Assembly: GCA_036264375.1 (NCBI GenBank)
Contig: DATARB010000066.1
Coordinates: 41,536 to 105,535 of the forward strand
Length of the DNA: 64,000 nt
From: Pseudolabrys sp.
Lineage (GTDB): Bacteria; Pseudomonadota; Alphaproteobacteria; Rhizobiales; Xanthobacteraceae
Direction: 5' to 3'
The notes under the pieces were generated by a model. The model worked only from the letters and a program-made list of their open reading frames with translations. It was not told the origin of the DNA and did no database searches. Of this stretch, positions 38,287 to 47,721 are shown piece after piece (position 1 is the first letter of the stretch; each line of letters starts with the position of its first letter). A program made the translations under genes and the position numbers.

Positions 38287-39087
38287 ATGGTGCCCATTGA
38301 AATTCGCGATGTGACGCTGGTCTACGACACGCCGGGCGGCAAGGTGCCCGGGGTGAAGGACGTCAACTTCAATATCGCCGCGTCCGAATTCTTGTGCATC
38401 GTCGGACCGTCCGGCTGCGGCAAGTCCACGCTGCTCAACATCATTGCCGGCTTCCTGGCGCCGGCCGCGGGCGAAATCCGCATCGGCGGCAAGAAGGTCG
38501 ACGGCCACGGCATGGACCGCGGCGTGGTGTTCCAGGATTTCGCGCAGTTGTTCCCGTGGCGCACCGCGCTCGGCAACGTCTCCTTCGGATTGGAGATGAA
38601 AGGTGTCGGCCGCGAGGAGCGCGACAGAATCGCGCGCGAGCAGCTTCGGCTGGTGAAGCTGGAGAAATTCACCAACTCGTTCCCCCATCATCTCTCCGGC
38701 GGCATGCAGCAGCGCGTCGCCATTGCGCGGGCGCTGGCCTACAATCCGTCGGTGCTGCTGATGGACGAGCCCTTCGCCGCGCTCGACGCCATGACGCGCG
38801 ACGACATGCAGCGGCTGCTGGCCGATGTCTGGCGCGAGACGCGCAAGACGGTGATCTACGTGACGCACAATGTCGCGGAGGCTGTCTATCTCGCCGACCG
38901 CGTCATCGTGATGAGCCCGCATCCCGGGACAGTGAAGGCCGAGATCAGAATCGACCTGCCGCGTCCGCGCGATCCGCTCAGCGTCGAATTCCTCGAATGC
39001 CAGAAAGACCTGCTGCGGCATCTCGGCCACGAGCCCAGTGCTGCTGAGCCGGCGAACGCCGCCATCAACGGCCACGCGGCGGCGTGA
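38287..39087 (+). CDS. NitT/TauT ABC ATP-binding protein
   Basis: GPSGCGKS, LSGGMQQR, DEPF. Confidence 0.93.
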   Translation: MVPIEIRDVTLVYDTPGGKVPGVKDVNFNIAASEFLCIVGPSGCGKSTLLNIIAGFLAPAAGEIRIGGKKVDGHGMDRGVVFQDFAQLFPWRTALGNVSFGLEMKGVGREERDRIAREQLRLVKLEKFTNSFPHHLSGGMQQRVAIARALAYNPSVLLMDEPFAALDAMTRDDMQRLLADVWRETRKTVIYVTHNVAEAVYLADRVIVMSPHPGTVKAEIRIDLPRPRDPLSVEFLECQKDLLRHLGHEPSAAEPANAAINGHAAA

Positions 39088-39108
39088 TGGGACAGATAAA
39101 AAACATTC

Positions 39109-39213
39109 GTCATTCCGGGGCGCGGCCGCAGGCCGCGAGTCCGGAATCCAGAACCCCAGTGCTGCGGAGTATGGATTCCGGGTCCACGCGTTTCGCGCGT
39201 GTCCCGGAATGAC
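39109..39213. repeat. REP-like element (GTCATTCCGGG family)
   Basis: GTCATTCCGGGG...CCGGAATCCA / TGGATTCCGGG...CCCGGAATGAC. Confidence 0.88.
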
Positions 39214-39239
39214 AACAAAATAATCTCAGGGAGGATGCA

Positions 39240-40229
39240 ATGCCGATTTCGAAGGGACTGACGCGCCGCCAATTCGCGGCGGTAGGCGGCGCCGGATTGC
39301 TGACGGCGGGACTAGGCTTCCGCCCCGCGCACGCGGCGCTGGAGACGGTGCGGCAGGGCTATCAGACCAACATGTGGGGCATGCCCACGTATTATCTGCT
39401 GCGCTCGGGCCTGCTCGAGAAGCACGGCGTCAAGTTCGAGGAATTCGCGGTGCCGTCCGGCAACCTCACCATGCAGCAGATGGTGGCCCGCCAGGTGGAC
39501 ATGGGCACCTATGCCGGCCCGTCGCTTGCGCTCGGCAGTGACAAAGGCGGCCTCGTCGGCATCGCGATGATCGAATATGTCGGCAAAACCGCGCGCGTGC
39601 TGGCGCGCAAGGATCTCGGCATCACCAAGGTCGAGCAACTCAAGGGCCTGAAGGTCGCCAACCAGACCGGCTCCTCCACCGGCAACATCTTCGTCGACCA
39701 GATCGCGCCCAAGGCTGGCTTGAAGAAGGGCGACTACCAGGAAGTCCGCATGAACGTCGACGACATGGTGGCGGCGATGGCGGCCAAGACAGTGGACGCG
39801 ATGGCGAATGTGGAGCCCTACAACGCCATCGCCGAGGCCGACGGCATCGGCGTGACCATTGCCGAATACAATGATTTCGACCGGCTGCCGGTGTTCATGG
39901 CGGCGACACCCGATTTCGTCGAGAAGAGCCCGCAGACCATCGTTGCCTATCTCAAGGCGTGGCTCGACGTCGCCAAGGACTTCAAGGAGAACCCGCAGAA
40001 GGTCGATGACACGATCTACGGTTTCTACCAGTCCAAGGGTTACACGCTGTCGAAGGATACCTTCGCCAAGGCCATGGCGCGTGTCGAAGTGCAGCCCGGC
40101 TGGCCGGCAGACGTCCAGCCCTACATGCAGCAGCAGGCCGAGATTTTGCTGAAGGAGAAAAAGATCAAGGCCATCCCCGACTGGAGCAAGGTGCTGCGCA
40201 CCGAGTTTCTCAAGCAGGCAAGTGCGTAA
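39240..40229 (+). CDS. ABC substrate-binding protein (SsuA/NMT1-like), Tat-exported
   Basis: LTRRQF twin-arginine signal, LKGLKVA..GSS, VEPY. Confidence 0.88.
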   Translation: MPISKGLTRRQFAAVGGAGLLTAGLGFRPAHAALETVRQGYQTNMWGMPTYYLLRSGLLEKHGVKFEEFAVPSGNLTMQQMVARQVDMGTYAGPSLALGSDKGGLVGIAMIEYVGKTARVLARKDLGITKVEQLKGLKVANQTGSSTGNIFVDQIAPKAGLKKGDYQEVRMNVDDMVAAMAAKTVDAMANVEPYNAIAEADGIGVTIAEYNDFDRLPVFMAATPDFVEKSPQTIVAYLKAWLDVAKDFKENPQKVDDTIYGFYQSKGYTLSKDTFAKAMARVEVQPGWPADVQPYMQQQAEILLKEKKIKAIPDWSKVLRTEFLKQASA

Positions 40230-40257
40230 AGAAAAATTAACGCCCAGGTCCGCAATT

Positions 40258-40417
40258 CGTCATGGCCGGCTTATCACCGCAAGTCGGGTTTACCCGACTT
40301 GCGGTTTCGCTAAGATGCGGACGTCGGGCAGGCCCGACGCCATCCACGCCTTCTTTGATGCCAATCCGCGCCTGCTTCAGAAAGACATGGCTGCCCGGCA
40401 TAAAGTCGGGCATGACG
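40258..40417. repeat. GTCATGGCCGG-family REP with nested double-hairpin element (40275-40338)
   Basis: CGTCATGGCCGGCTTAT[CACCGCAAGTCGGGTTTACCCGACTTGCGGT...GTCGGGCAGGCCCGAC]GCCATCCACG...GGGCATGACG. Confidence 0.82.
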
Positions 40418-40515
40418 ACTGCGATGCCCTCACCCAATTCCCACTGATTTCGTGATACGAAATGAACCTTCGCCACGCTTTGCGGCGCGGGGGATCAAGA
40501 AAAATGGAGACGCCG

Positions 40516-41757
40516 ATGTCCGCCGCGACAAGTCCACTCAACAAAACCGCTGAACCCACGAACTGGAATTTCAAGCTCCTGAGCCATAACGACCTCGGCG
40601 GCTTCGGCGGCATGGGCGAAGGCATGGCCGTGCAGATCGCCAAGGACGGACGCCGCATCCTCTGGCTGGCACACGAGAGCGCGCCGAAGAATTTCACCGG
40701 CGTCGATGTCTCCGATCCGCGCAATCCCAAGGTCATCGTGCAGACCACGCTGCCGCAGCCTCATATGCGCTCGAACTCGCTGGAGATGACCGGCGACATC
40801 CTCGCGGTCGCCTATCAGACGCAGAAGGTCGGGCAGCAGCCGGCCGGGCTCGAGCTGTTCGACTGCTCGGTGCCGGAGAAGCCGCGCTCGATCTCGTTCT
40901 TCGACTGCTCGGGACCGAACTCGCGCGGCGTGCACCAGCTCTGGTTCTGCGACGGCGAATACGTGCACATGGCCGCCGGCGCGCCCGACTTCAAGCCGAG
41001 CAATCCGCTCGACGACCAGTTCTATCGCTGCATCGACGTGCGCAATCCCTCGAAGCCGGCCGAGGTCGGCCGCTGGTGGATGCCCGGCACGTCGGCCACC
41101 GACAACGTGCAGCCGCCGCCGCGTCATCCGCTCGACAAGGGCTATCGCGCGCACAACACCAACGTCTATCCGGACCGCCCCGACCGGCTCTATCTCTGCT
41201 ACATCGACGGCGGCATGTTCGTCATGGACATCAAGGACAAGGCCAATCCGAAGGTCATTTCGCACTGGACCAACTCGCCGCCTTACACCGGCTTCATGCA
41301 CACCGCCGTGCCGCTGTTCGACCGCAACCTGATGCTGGTGACCGACGAGTCGACCGAGAACAACGCCAAGGATTGGCCGAAGCTGATCTGGGTGCTCGAC
41401 CTGCGCGACGAGACGCATCCCGTGTCGATCGCGACCTGTCCGCTGCCGCCGGTCGATGCCTACAAGGATCGCGGCGGCCGCTTCGGCGCGCACAACATCC
41501 ATGAGAACACGCCGGTGCCGACCGCGTGGAAGTCCGACCAGATCGTGCTCGGCACGTTCTTCAACGGCGGCCTGCGCGCTTACGACATCTCCAATGCCTA
41601 TCAGCCGAAGGAAATCGCCGCCTTCGTGCCGGCTGCACCCAACGGGTCGCCGGTCGGCGCCGTGCAACTCAACGACGTCTATGTCGACGAGCGGCAGGTG
41701 GTGTACACGGTCGACCGCTTCACCGGCGGGCTGTATGTGCTGGAGATGGATTTTTGA
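40516..41757 (+). CDS. LVIVD-repeat beta-propeller protein, paralog 1
   Basis: Repeated ..DVSDP.NP.. blade motifs (VDVSDPRNP, IDVRNPSKP, MDIKDKANP, YDISN); no signal peptide. Confidence 0.82.
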   Translation: MSAATSPLNKTAEPTNWNFKLLSHNDLGGFGGMGEGMAVQIAKDGRRILWLAHESAPKNFTGVDVSDPRNPKVIVQTTLPQPHMRSNSLEMTGDILAVAYQTQKVGQQPAGLELFDCSVPEKPRSISFFDCSGPNSRGVHQLWFCDGEYVHMAAGAPDFKPSNPLDDQFYRCIDVRNPSKPAEVGRWWMPGTSATDNVQPPPRHPLDKGYRAHNTNVYPDRPDRLYLCYIDGGMFVMDIKDKANPKVISHWTNSPPYTGFMHTAVPLFDRNLMLVTDESTENNAKDWPKLIWVLDLRDETHPVSIATCPLPPVDAYKDRGGRFGAHNIHENTPVPTAWKSDQIVLGTFFNGGLRAYDISNAYQPKEIAAFVPAAPNGSPVGAVQLNDVYVDERQVVYTVDRFTGGLYVLEMDF

Positions 41758-41852
41758 GACGAATGGATTTCTGATTGCTTGCTGCATGACCAGCGCGGCG
41801 GACCACCGGCCCGCCGCGCCAAAAAATAAAAAACATATCAGGGAGAAAGCCG

Positions 41853-42815
41853 ATGATCCGCTCACCGCGGATGCTCGCAGCAGCATTGCTGCTCGCAGCA
41901 TCCACACACGCACACGCGGCGTGGCCTGAGCGGCCGATCCATCTCATCGTGCCATTTCCTGCGGGCAGCGGCACCGATGTTCCTGCGCGCATCATCGGGC
42001 AGAAGCTCGGCGAGCGTCTCGGGCAACAGATCGTAGTCGACAACCGCACCGGTGCCAGTGGCGCCATCGGCGCAGAGATGATCGCCCACGCGACGCCTGA
42101 CGGCTACACGATCGGGCTGGTCACGGCGACCACACAGGTGCTGGTGCCGCTCCTCAACAGCAAGTCGCCTTACGATCCGATCAACGATTTCACCCCGGTC
42201 GGCATGATCGGAGGAACGCCTTATGTACTCGTCGCCTATCCCAAGCTGGAGGCGACGAACTTGAAGGAATTGATCGCTCTCGCCAAGTCGAAGCCAGGCA
42301 AGCTGACATATGGCTCTGCTGGTGTCGCCAGCCTGGCGCATCTCGCCGGCGCTTTGTTTGCCAATCAAGCAGGAATTAGCCTCGCACACATCCCCTACAA
42401 AGCCTCGGCCCAGTCGGTGACCGATCTCATGGCTGGACGCGTCGATATGCAATTCGCCACCGTCGCGCCGATGTTGCCGACGATCCGCGCCGGACAATTA
42501 CGCGCGCTGGCCGTTACCGGATCGGAACGGATTCCGACGCTGCCCGACGTGCCGACCGTCTCCGAAGCAGGCGTCCGCGGTTACGAGGCCTCCCTCTGGA
42601 TCGCGATCGTCGCGCCGATCGGCACGCCGCCGGATGTCGTCGCGCGCCTCAACCGAGAACTGAATGCGGTGATGACGGGTGACGCAAAAGATATGCTGAT
42701 CGCGCAAGGACTGCAGCTTGAGCCAGGCCCGGCAGACGCCGTGACGGCACGCCTGCGCACCGACATCGACAAATGGCAGCCCGTCGTGAAAGCCGCCGGC
42801 CTCGATCAACAATGA
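41853..42815 (+). CDS. Bug/TctC family substrate-binding protein
   Basis: WPERPI.LIVPFPAG..TD, DNR.GA.G.IG, PDGYT, LPDVPT..EAG. Confidence 0.92.
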   Translation: MIRSPRMLAAALLLAASTHAHAAWPERPIHLIVPFPAGSGTDVPARIIGQKLGERLGQQIVVDNRTGASGAIGAEMIAHATPDGYTIGLVTATTQVLVPLLNSKSPYDPINDFTPVGMIGGTPYVLVAYPKLEATNLKELIALAKSKPGKLTYGSAGVASLAHLAGALFANQAGISLAHIPYKASAQSVTDLMAGRVDMQFATVAPMLPTIRAGQLRALAVTGSERIPTLPDVPTVSEAGVRGYEASLWIAIVAPIGTPPDVVARLNRELNAVMTGDAKDMLIAQGLQLEPGPADAVTARLRTDIDKWQPVVKAAGLDQQ

Positions 42816-42861
42816 CTGCCATCCGCTCACTTATCCGAAACACGCCCTATTGGAGTGCATA

Positions 42862-44115
42862 ATGACGACGGCCGACCTCGCGGCGACACGCTTCGACGAT
42901 ACCAAAATGATCGAGCGCAATTTCAAACTGCTCAGCCATCACGAGCTCAACGGCTTCGGCGGCATGGGCGAAGGCATGTCGGTGCAGATCGCGCCGGACG
43001 GGCGCCGCATCCTTTGGCTCGCGCATGAAAGCGCGCCGAAGAATTTCACCGCCGTCGATGTCTCTGACCCGCGCAAGCCACGCGTCGTCGTGCAAACGGA
43101 ACTGCCGCAAAGCTACATGCGTTCCAATTCGCTGGAGATCAGCGGCAACATCATGGCTGTCGCCTACCAGTGCCAGAAGATTGGCCAACAGCCGGCGGGT
43201 TTCGAGCTATTCGACATATCGAGTCCAGAGAATCCGAAGTCGATCGCTTTTGTCGATCGTTCTGGTCCCTATTCGCGCGGCGTGCATCAATTGTGGTTCT
43301 GCGACGGCGAATACGTGCACATCGCGTCCGGCGCGGCCGACTTCAAGCCGCGGCATCCGCTCGACGACCAGTGCTATCAGATCTTTGACGTGCGCAATCC
43401 CTCAAAGCCGGTTGAAGTTGGCCGCTGGTGGCTGCCGGGCACACGCGACGGCGACAGCGAGCCGCCGCCCGTACGTCACACCGCGCCGGCGCTCGACAAA
43501 GGCTTCCGCACGCACAACACCAATGTCTACCCGCAGCGGCCGGACCGTTGCTATGTCGGATGTATCGACGCGGGCATGATCATCCTCGACATTTCCGACA
43601 AGTCGAAGCCGAAGATGGTGACGCGCTGGGACAACTCGCCACCCTATACCGGCTTCACCCACACCGTGCTGCCGCTATTCGAGCGGGGGCTCATCGTGGT
43701 GACGGACGAATGCACTTCGCCCACGTCGGCCGACTGGCCGAAGCTCATCTGGATCCTCGATGCGCGCGCAGAAGGCAATCCGATCCCGATTTCGACCTGT
43801 CCGATTCCAGACGCGGACGCCTTCACCAATCGCGGCCGCTTCGGGGCGCACAATATCTTTGAAAACACACCGGTGCCCACGGCCTGGCATTCCGAGGAGA
43901 TCATCATCGGCACGTTCTTCAATGGCGGCCTACGCGCCTTCGATATTTCGAATCCGTACCAGCCGAAGGAGATCGGCGTGTTCGTGCCGCCAACCCCACC
44001 GCGCTCGGCCTCCGGGACAATCCAGCTCAACGACGTCTTCGTAGACGAACGCGCGGTCGTCTACACCGTCGACCGCCAGAGCGGCGGGTTGTATACGCTG
44101 GAGATGGACTTTTAG
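42862..44115 (+). CDS. LVIVD-repeat beta-propeller protein, paralog 2
   Basis: Colinear with 40516-41757 (GFGGMGEG, LAHESAPKNFT, GVHQLWFCDG, LEMDF end). Confidence 0.82.
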   Translation: MTTADLAATRFDDTKMIERNFKLLSHHELNGFGGMGEGMSVQIAPDGRRILWLAHESAPKNFTAVDVSDPRKPRVVVQTELPQSYMRSNSLEISGNIMAVAYQCQKIGQQPAGFELFDISSPENPKSIAFVDRSGPYSRGVHQLWFCDGEYVHIASGAADFKPRHPLDDQCYQIFDVRNPSKPVEVGRWWLPGTRDGDSEPPPVRHTAPALDKGFRTHNTNVYPQRPDRCYVGCIDAGMIILDISDKSKPKMVTRWDNSPPYTGFTHTVLPLFERGLIVVTDECTSPTSADWPKLIWILDARAEGNPIPISTCPIPDADAFTNRGRFGAHNIFENTPVPTAWHSEEIIIGTFFNGGLRAFDISNPYQPKEIGVFVPPTPPRSASGTIQLNDVFVDERAVVYTVDRQSGGLYTLEMDF

Positions 44116-44125
44116 TGCATCGCCT

Positions 44126-44237
44126 GTCATGCCCCAAAGCGGGGCATCCAGCATTCTCAGCACTAGCGGCCCGGCAAACGCTTGGCCCGCTCGCGGGGAC
44201 GGTGTTTACTGGATCGTCCGCTTTCGCGGACGATGAC
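44126..44237. repeat. REP-like heterodimer
   Basis: GTCATGCCCCAAAGCGGGGCATCCAG...TACTGGATCGTCCGCTTTCGCGGACGATGAC. Confidence 0.8.
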
Positions 44238-44247
44238 GGATGAGAAT

Positions 44248-45270
44248 ATGAACTCACTTTTCCCTTCCCCCGCCGCGGGGCCGTTCGGACGCCGGCTCAA
44301 GCGGGCGCGCGGCGCGCGCGTGCCGGTGACTGTGCTGACCGGCTTCCTCGGCGCCGGCAAGACAACGTTGCTCAAACACTTCCTCGCAGCGCCGGAGGGG
44401 CAAGGAACCGCCGTCGTCGTCAACGAATTCGGCGCGACCGGCATCGACGACGCGCTGGTGCGGTCGAGCGCCGACGAGACCGTGCTGCTCGGCAATGGCT
44501 GCCTGTGCTGCATCACGCGCACCGATTTGCAGGAAGCCTTGCGGCGCATGGTGTTCGAGCGCGAGCGCGGAGAACTGCCGGACTTCAAGCGCATCGTGAT
44601 CGAGACCAGCGGGCTCGCCGACCCGAGTCCGATCCTGCAGACTTTCGCCACCGACCGCGCGCTGGGCGAGGTATTCCACCTCGAGGCGATGGTGACCGTC
44701 GTCGATGCCGAGAACGGCGCCGATACGCTGAAATGGTCGGCGGAGGCGCGCAAGCAGGCGATCCTCGCCGACCGGCTGGTGATCACCAAGATCGACATCG
44801 CCGGCGCAAGCGCGCGTGACGCGCTCGCCGCGCAATTGCGCGCGCTCAATGCCGACGCGGAGATTCATGAGGCAGTGAACGGCGCGCTCGACCCGAGCCG
44901 TCTCACCGAGGCGGCGGGCGATCAACGCAACGCTTTCGTGGCGGAAGCTGAGCACTCCGACGGCATCGGCAGCTTCGTGCTCACGAACGACGGGCCGATG
45001 CCATGGAGCGTGTTCGCGCGCACGATGGACACGCTGATCGCGATGCGCGGCAACGATCTCCTGCGCGTGAAGGGGTTTTTGGATGTTGAAGGCTGCAAAG
45101 GGCCGGTGATGGTGCAGTTCGTGCAGCATCTGGCGCATCCGCCGGTCGAACTCGAATCATGGCCCGGCGCTGACCGCCAGAGCCGCGTGGTGTTCATCAC
45201 GCGCAATATCAGCGAGCAGCAGGTGCGCGACCTGTTCGCGGCAGTCAAAGCATTAGTCCCGTCACCCTGA
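44248..45270 (+). CDS. COG0523 (CobW/P47K) G3E GTPase metallochaperone
   Basis: TGFLGAGKTT, NEFG, GCLCC, ETSGLADP, TK.D, C-terminal LLRVKG. Confidence 0.92.
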   Translation: MNSLFPSPAAGPFGRRLKRARGARVPVTVLTGFLGAGKTTLLKHFLAAPEGQGTAVVVNEFGATGIDDALVRSSADETVLLGNGCLCCITRTDLQEALRRMVFERERGELPDFKRIVIETSGLADPSPILQTFATDRALGEVFHLEAMVTVVDAENGADTLKWSAEARKQAILADRLVITKIDIAGASARDALAAQLRALNADAEIHEAVNGALDPSRLTEAAGDQRNAFVAEAEHSDGIGSFVLTNDGPMPWSVFARTMDTLIAMRGNDLLRVKGFLDVEGCKGPVMVQFVQHLAHPPVELESWPGADRQSRVVFITRNISEQQVRDLFAAVKALVPSP

Positions 45271-45295
45271 AGGTGCTCGCTGAAACGCCGAAACT

Positions 45296-45997
45296 CTAAA
45301 CGCCCAGATACCGATGCTGCACGTCCGGCGCGGCGGCGAGTTCCCCCGAGGTGCCGGTCCACACCACGCGGCCGCGCTCGATAAAGAAATGCCGGTCGGC
45401 GACGCGCGTCAGCGCACCGACGTTCTTGTCGATCACCAGGATCGACAGCCCCGTTCCTTTCAATCGCGCGAGGCAGCGCCAGATCTCGGCGCGGATCAAG
45501 GGCGCCAAGCCTTCTGTCGCCTCGTCGAGAATGAGCAGGCGCGGATTGGTCATCAGCGCGCGGCCGACCGCGAGCATCTGCTGCTCGCCGCCGGAAAGTT
45601 GCCCTCCCATACTGCCCGCGCGCTCGGCGAGGCGCGGGAACAGGTCGTGGACTTTCGCCAGCGTCCACTCGCCGCGCGCGACCGCGGTGGCGGCGAGGTT
45701 CTCGCGCACGGTGAGGTTCGGAAAGATCTGGCGGCCCTCCGGCACGAGGCCGATGCCGCGCTGCGCCACCTTGTAAGACGGCAGGCCGCGGATTTCCTCG
45801 CCGAGAAAGCGGATACCACCGGCGCGCGCCGGCGTCAGCCCCATGATCGAGCGCACGGTGGTGGTCTTGCCCATGCCGTTGCGGCCCATCAGCGTCACCA
45901 TCTCGCCTTGGGCGATGGAAAGCGACACGCCGAACAGCACCTGGCTCAGGCCGTAGCAGGTCTCGACGCCGTCGAGGGTGAGGACGGGCTCAGCCAT
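45296..45997 (-). CDS. livF: Branched-chain amino acid-type ABC ATPase
   Basis: GRNGMGKTT, VPEGR, LSGGEQQM, GLAP. Confidence 0.88.
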   Translation of the reverse strand: MAEPVLTLDGVETCYGLSQVLFGVSLSIAQGEMVTLMGRNGMGKTTTVRSIMGLTPARAGGIRFLGEEIRGLPSYKVAQRGIGLVPEGRQIFPNLTVRENLAATAVARGEWTLAKVHDLFPRLAERAGSMGGQLSGGEQQMLAVGRALMTNPRLLILDEATEGLAPLIRAEIWRCLARLKGTGLSILVIDKNVGALTRVADRHFFIERGRVVWTGTSGELAAAPDVQHRYLGV

Positions 45998-46757
45998 GCG
46001 CGACGCCCCCGTCGTCATCGCCGAGATAGGCTTCGCGCACCTGTTCGTTGCCGCGAATTTCTTCCGCTTTGCCGCAGGCGATGACGCGGCCATAGACGAG
46101 CACGGAAATGCGGTCGGCGAGCGCGAAGACGGCCTCCATGTCATGCTCGACCAAGAGGATCGTGTACTCGCTCTTGAGCGCGCGCAGCATCTCGACCATG
46201 CGCGCCGATTCTTCCGGCCCGAGGCCGGCCATCGGCTCGTCGAGCAGCAGCATGCGCGGGCGGCCGGCGATTGCCATGGCCAACTCGAGCAGCCGATGCT
46301 CGCCATGACTGAGCGCGGACGCCGGCCGACCGGCGCGCGTGCTCAGGCCGACGCGCGCGAGCGCGGCGCGCGCAGGCTCGCGCAAATCGCGCTCGCCGCG
46401 CGCCTTGCGCCAGAAGTGAAAGGAGTGTCCCGCCTGCGCCTGCACCGCCAGCGCGACGTTATCGAGCACACTGAGATCGAGAAACAGCGACGTAATCTGG
46501 AACGAGCGCGCCAGCCCCAGCGCGCTGCGCCGGTAGGGCGGCAGCCGCGTGATGTCCTGACCGGCGAAACGGATGCGCCCGCTGTCGGCGAAGAGCTGGC
46601 CGGAGAGCTGCGCGATCAGCGTCGTTTTGCCGGCGCCGTTGGGGCCGATCACAGCGTGCACTTCGCCCTGCGGAATATCGAACACGACATCGTCGGTGGC
46701 GACGATGCCCCCGAAGCGCTTGGCGAGTTTCTCGACCTGGAGCAGAGCTTCAGCCAT
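45990..46757 (-). CDS. livG: Branched-chain amino acid-type ABC ATPase
   Basis: GPNGAGKTT, RSFQ, LSHGE, DEP.AG, VEHDM. Confidence 0.88.
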   Translation of the reverse strand: MAEALLQVEKLAKRFGGIVATDDVVFDIPQGEVHAVIGPNGAGKTTLIAQLSGQLFADSGRIRFAGQDITRLPPYRRSALGLARSFQITSLFLDLSVLDNVALAVQAQAGHSFHFWRKARGERDLREPARAALARVGLSTRAGRPASALSHGEHRLLELAMAIAGRPRMLLLDEPMAGLGPEESARMVEMLRALKSEYTILLVEHDMEAVFALADRISVLVYGRVIACGKAEEIRGNEQVREAYLGDDDGGVAHG

Positions 46758-47721
46758 GACGCACCTCTGCGTCCTGTTTCGCGCCGATCTGGCCGAGCAG
46801 GCCATCGATGCCGCCACGCGCGAATAGCACGACGAACAGCAACAACGGGCCAAGGATGATCTGCCAATACTCGGTAATCCCGGAGAGCGCTTCCTCCAGC
46901 ACCAAGAGCGCGACGGCGCCGAACACCGGGCCGGCGACCGAGCCCATGCCGCCCAGCACCACCATGATGATGAGATCGCCCGAGCGCGTCCAATACATGA
47001 CAGAGGGGCTGACGAAATCGGTGTTGTTGGCGAGCAGTGCGCCGGAGAGCCCGCAGAGCGTGCCGGCGATGACAAAGGCTACGAGCTTGTAGCGATAAGT
47101 GGGGAAGCCGATCGCGCGCATGCGCGTGTCGTTCGAGCGGGCGCCCTGGATCACCATGCCGAAGCGCGAGTTGACGATCCGCCAGACGAGGTAGATCGCG
47201 GCTAACAGCAGCGCCAGGCAGACGTAGTAAAACTGGACTTTGTTGGAGAGATTGAGCGGCGCGATAAACTGGCTGCGCTTATAGATGGTGAGGCCGTCGT
47301 CGCCGCCATAACGGGCGATGCCGGAGACGATGTAATAGGCCATCTGCGCGAAGGCCAAGGTGATCATGATGAAGTAGACGCCGCGTGTGCGCAGCGACAG
47401 CGCGCCGACCACCAGCGCGAATATTGCAGACGCGAGAAGGGCCACCGGCCACTGCACGAAGCCGCTCGAGATGCCCTCGAAGGCGAGGATTCCGACGGCA
47501 TAGCCGCCGATGCCGAGGTAGGCCGCATGGCCGAAGCTCATCATGCCGCCGAAGCCGAGGATGAGGTTGAGGCTTACGGCCGCCATGGCGAGAATGACGA
47601 TGCGGGTGAACAGTGTCAGCAGGAACGGCGCGTGCGCGAGCTGCGCGTAGACCGGCAGCAGCGCCAGCGCGATCAGCAGCGCGGCCGTGACGATAGTACG
47701 AAGGCTCAGCGCGGGTGTCAT
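46750..47721 (-). CDS. livM: Branched-chain amino acid-type ABC permease
   Basis: SFGHAA, LRTRG.YF, GGDDG, LGGMGS..G. Confidence 0.88.
   Translation of the reverse strand: MTPALSLRTIVTAALLIALALLPVYAQLAHAPFLLTLFTRIVILAMAAVSLNLILGFGGMMSFGHAAYLGIGGYAVGILAFEGISSGFVQWPVALLASAIFALVVGALSLRTRGVYFIMITLAFAQMAYYIVSGIARYGGDDGLTIYKRSQFIAPLNLSNKVQFYYVCLALLLAAIYLVWRIVNSRFGMVIQGARSNDTRMRAIGFPTYRYKLVAFVIAGTLCGLSGALLANNTDFVSPSVMYWTRSGDLIIMVVLGGMGSVAGPVFGAVALLVLEEALSGITEYWQIILGPLLLFVVLFARGGIDGLLGQIGAKQDAEVRHG

Noticed and set aside
44248-45270. Cobalamin-pathway cobW
   Set aside because: No cob genes or B12 riboswitch nearby; only the COG0523 family call is supported
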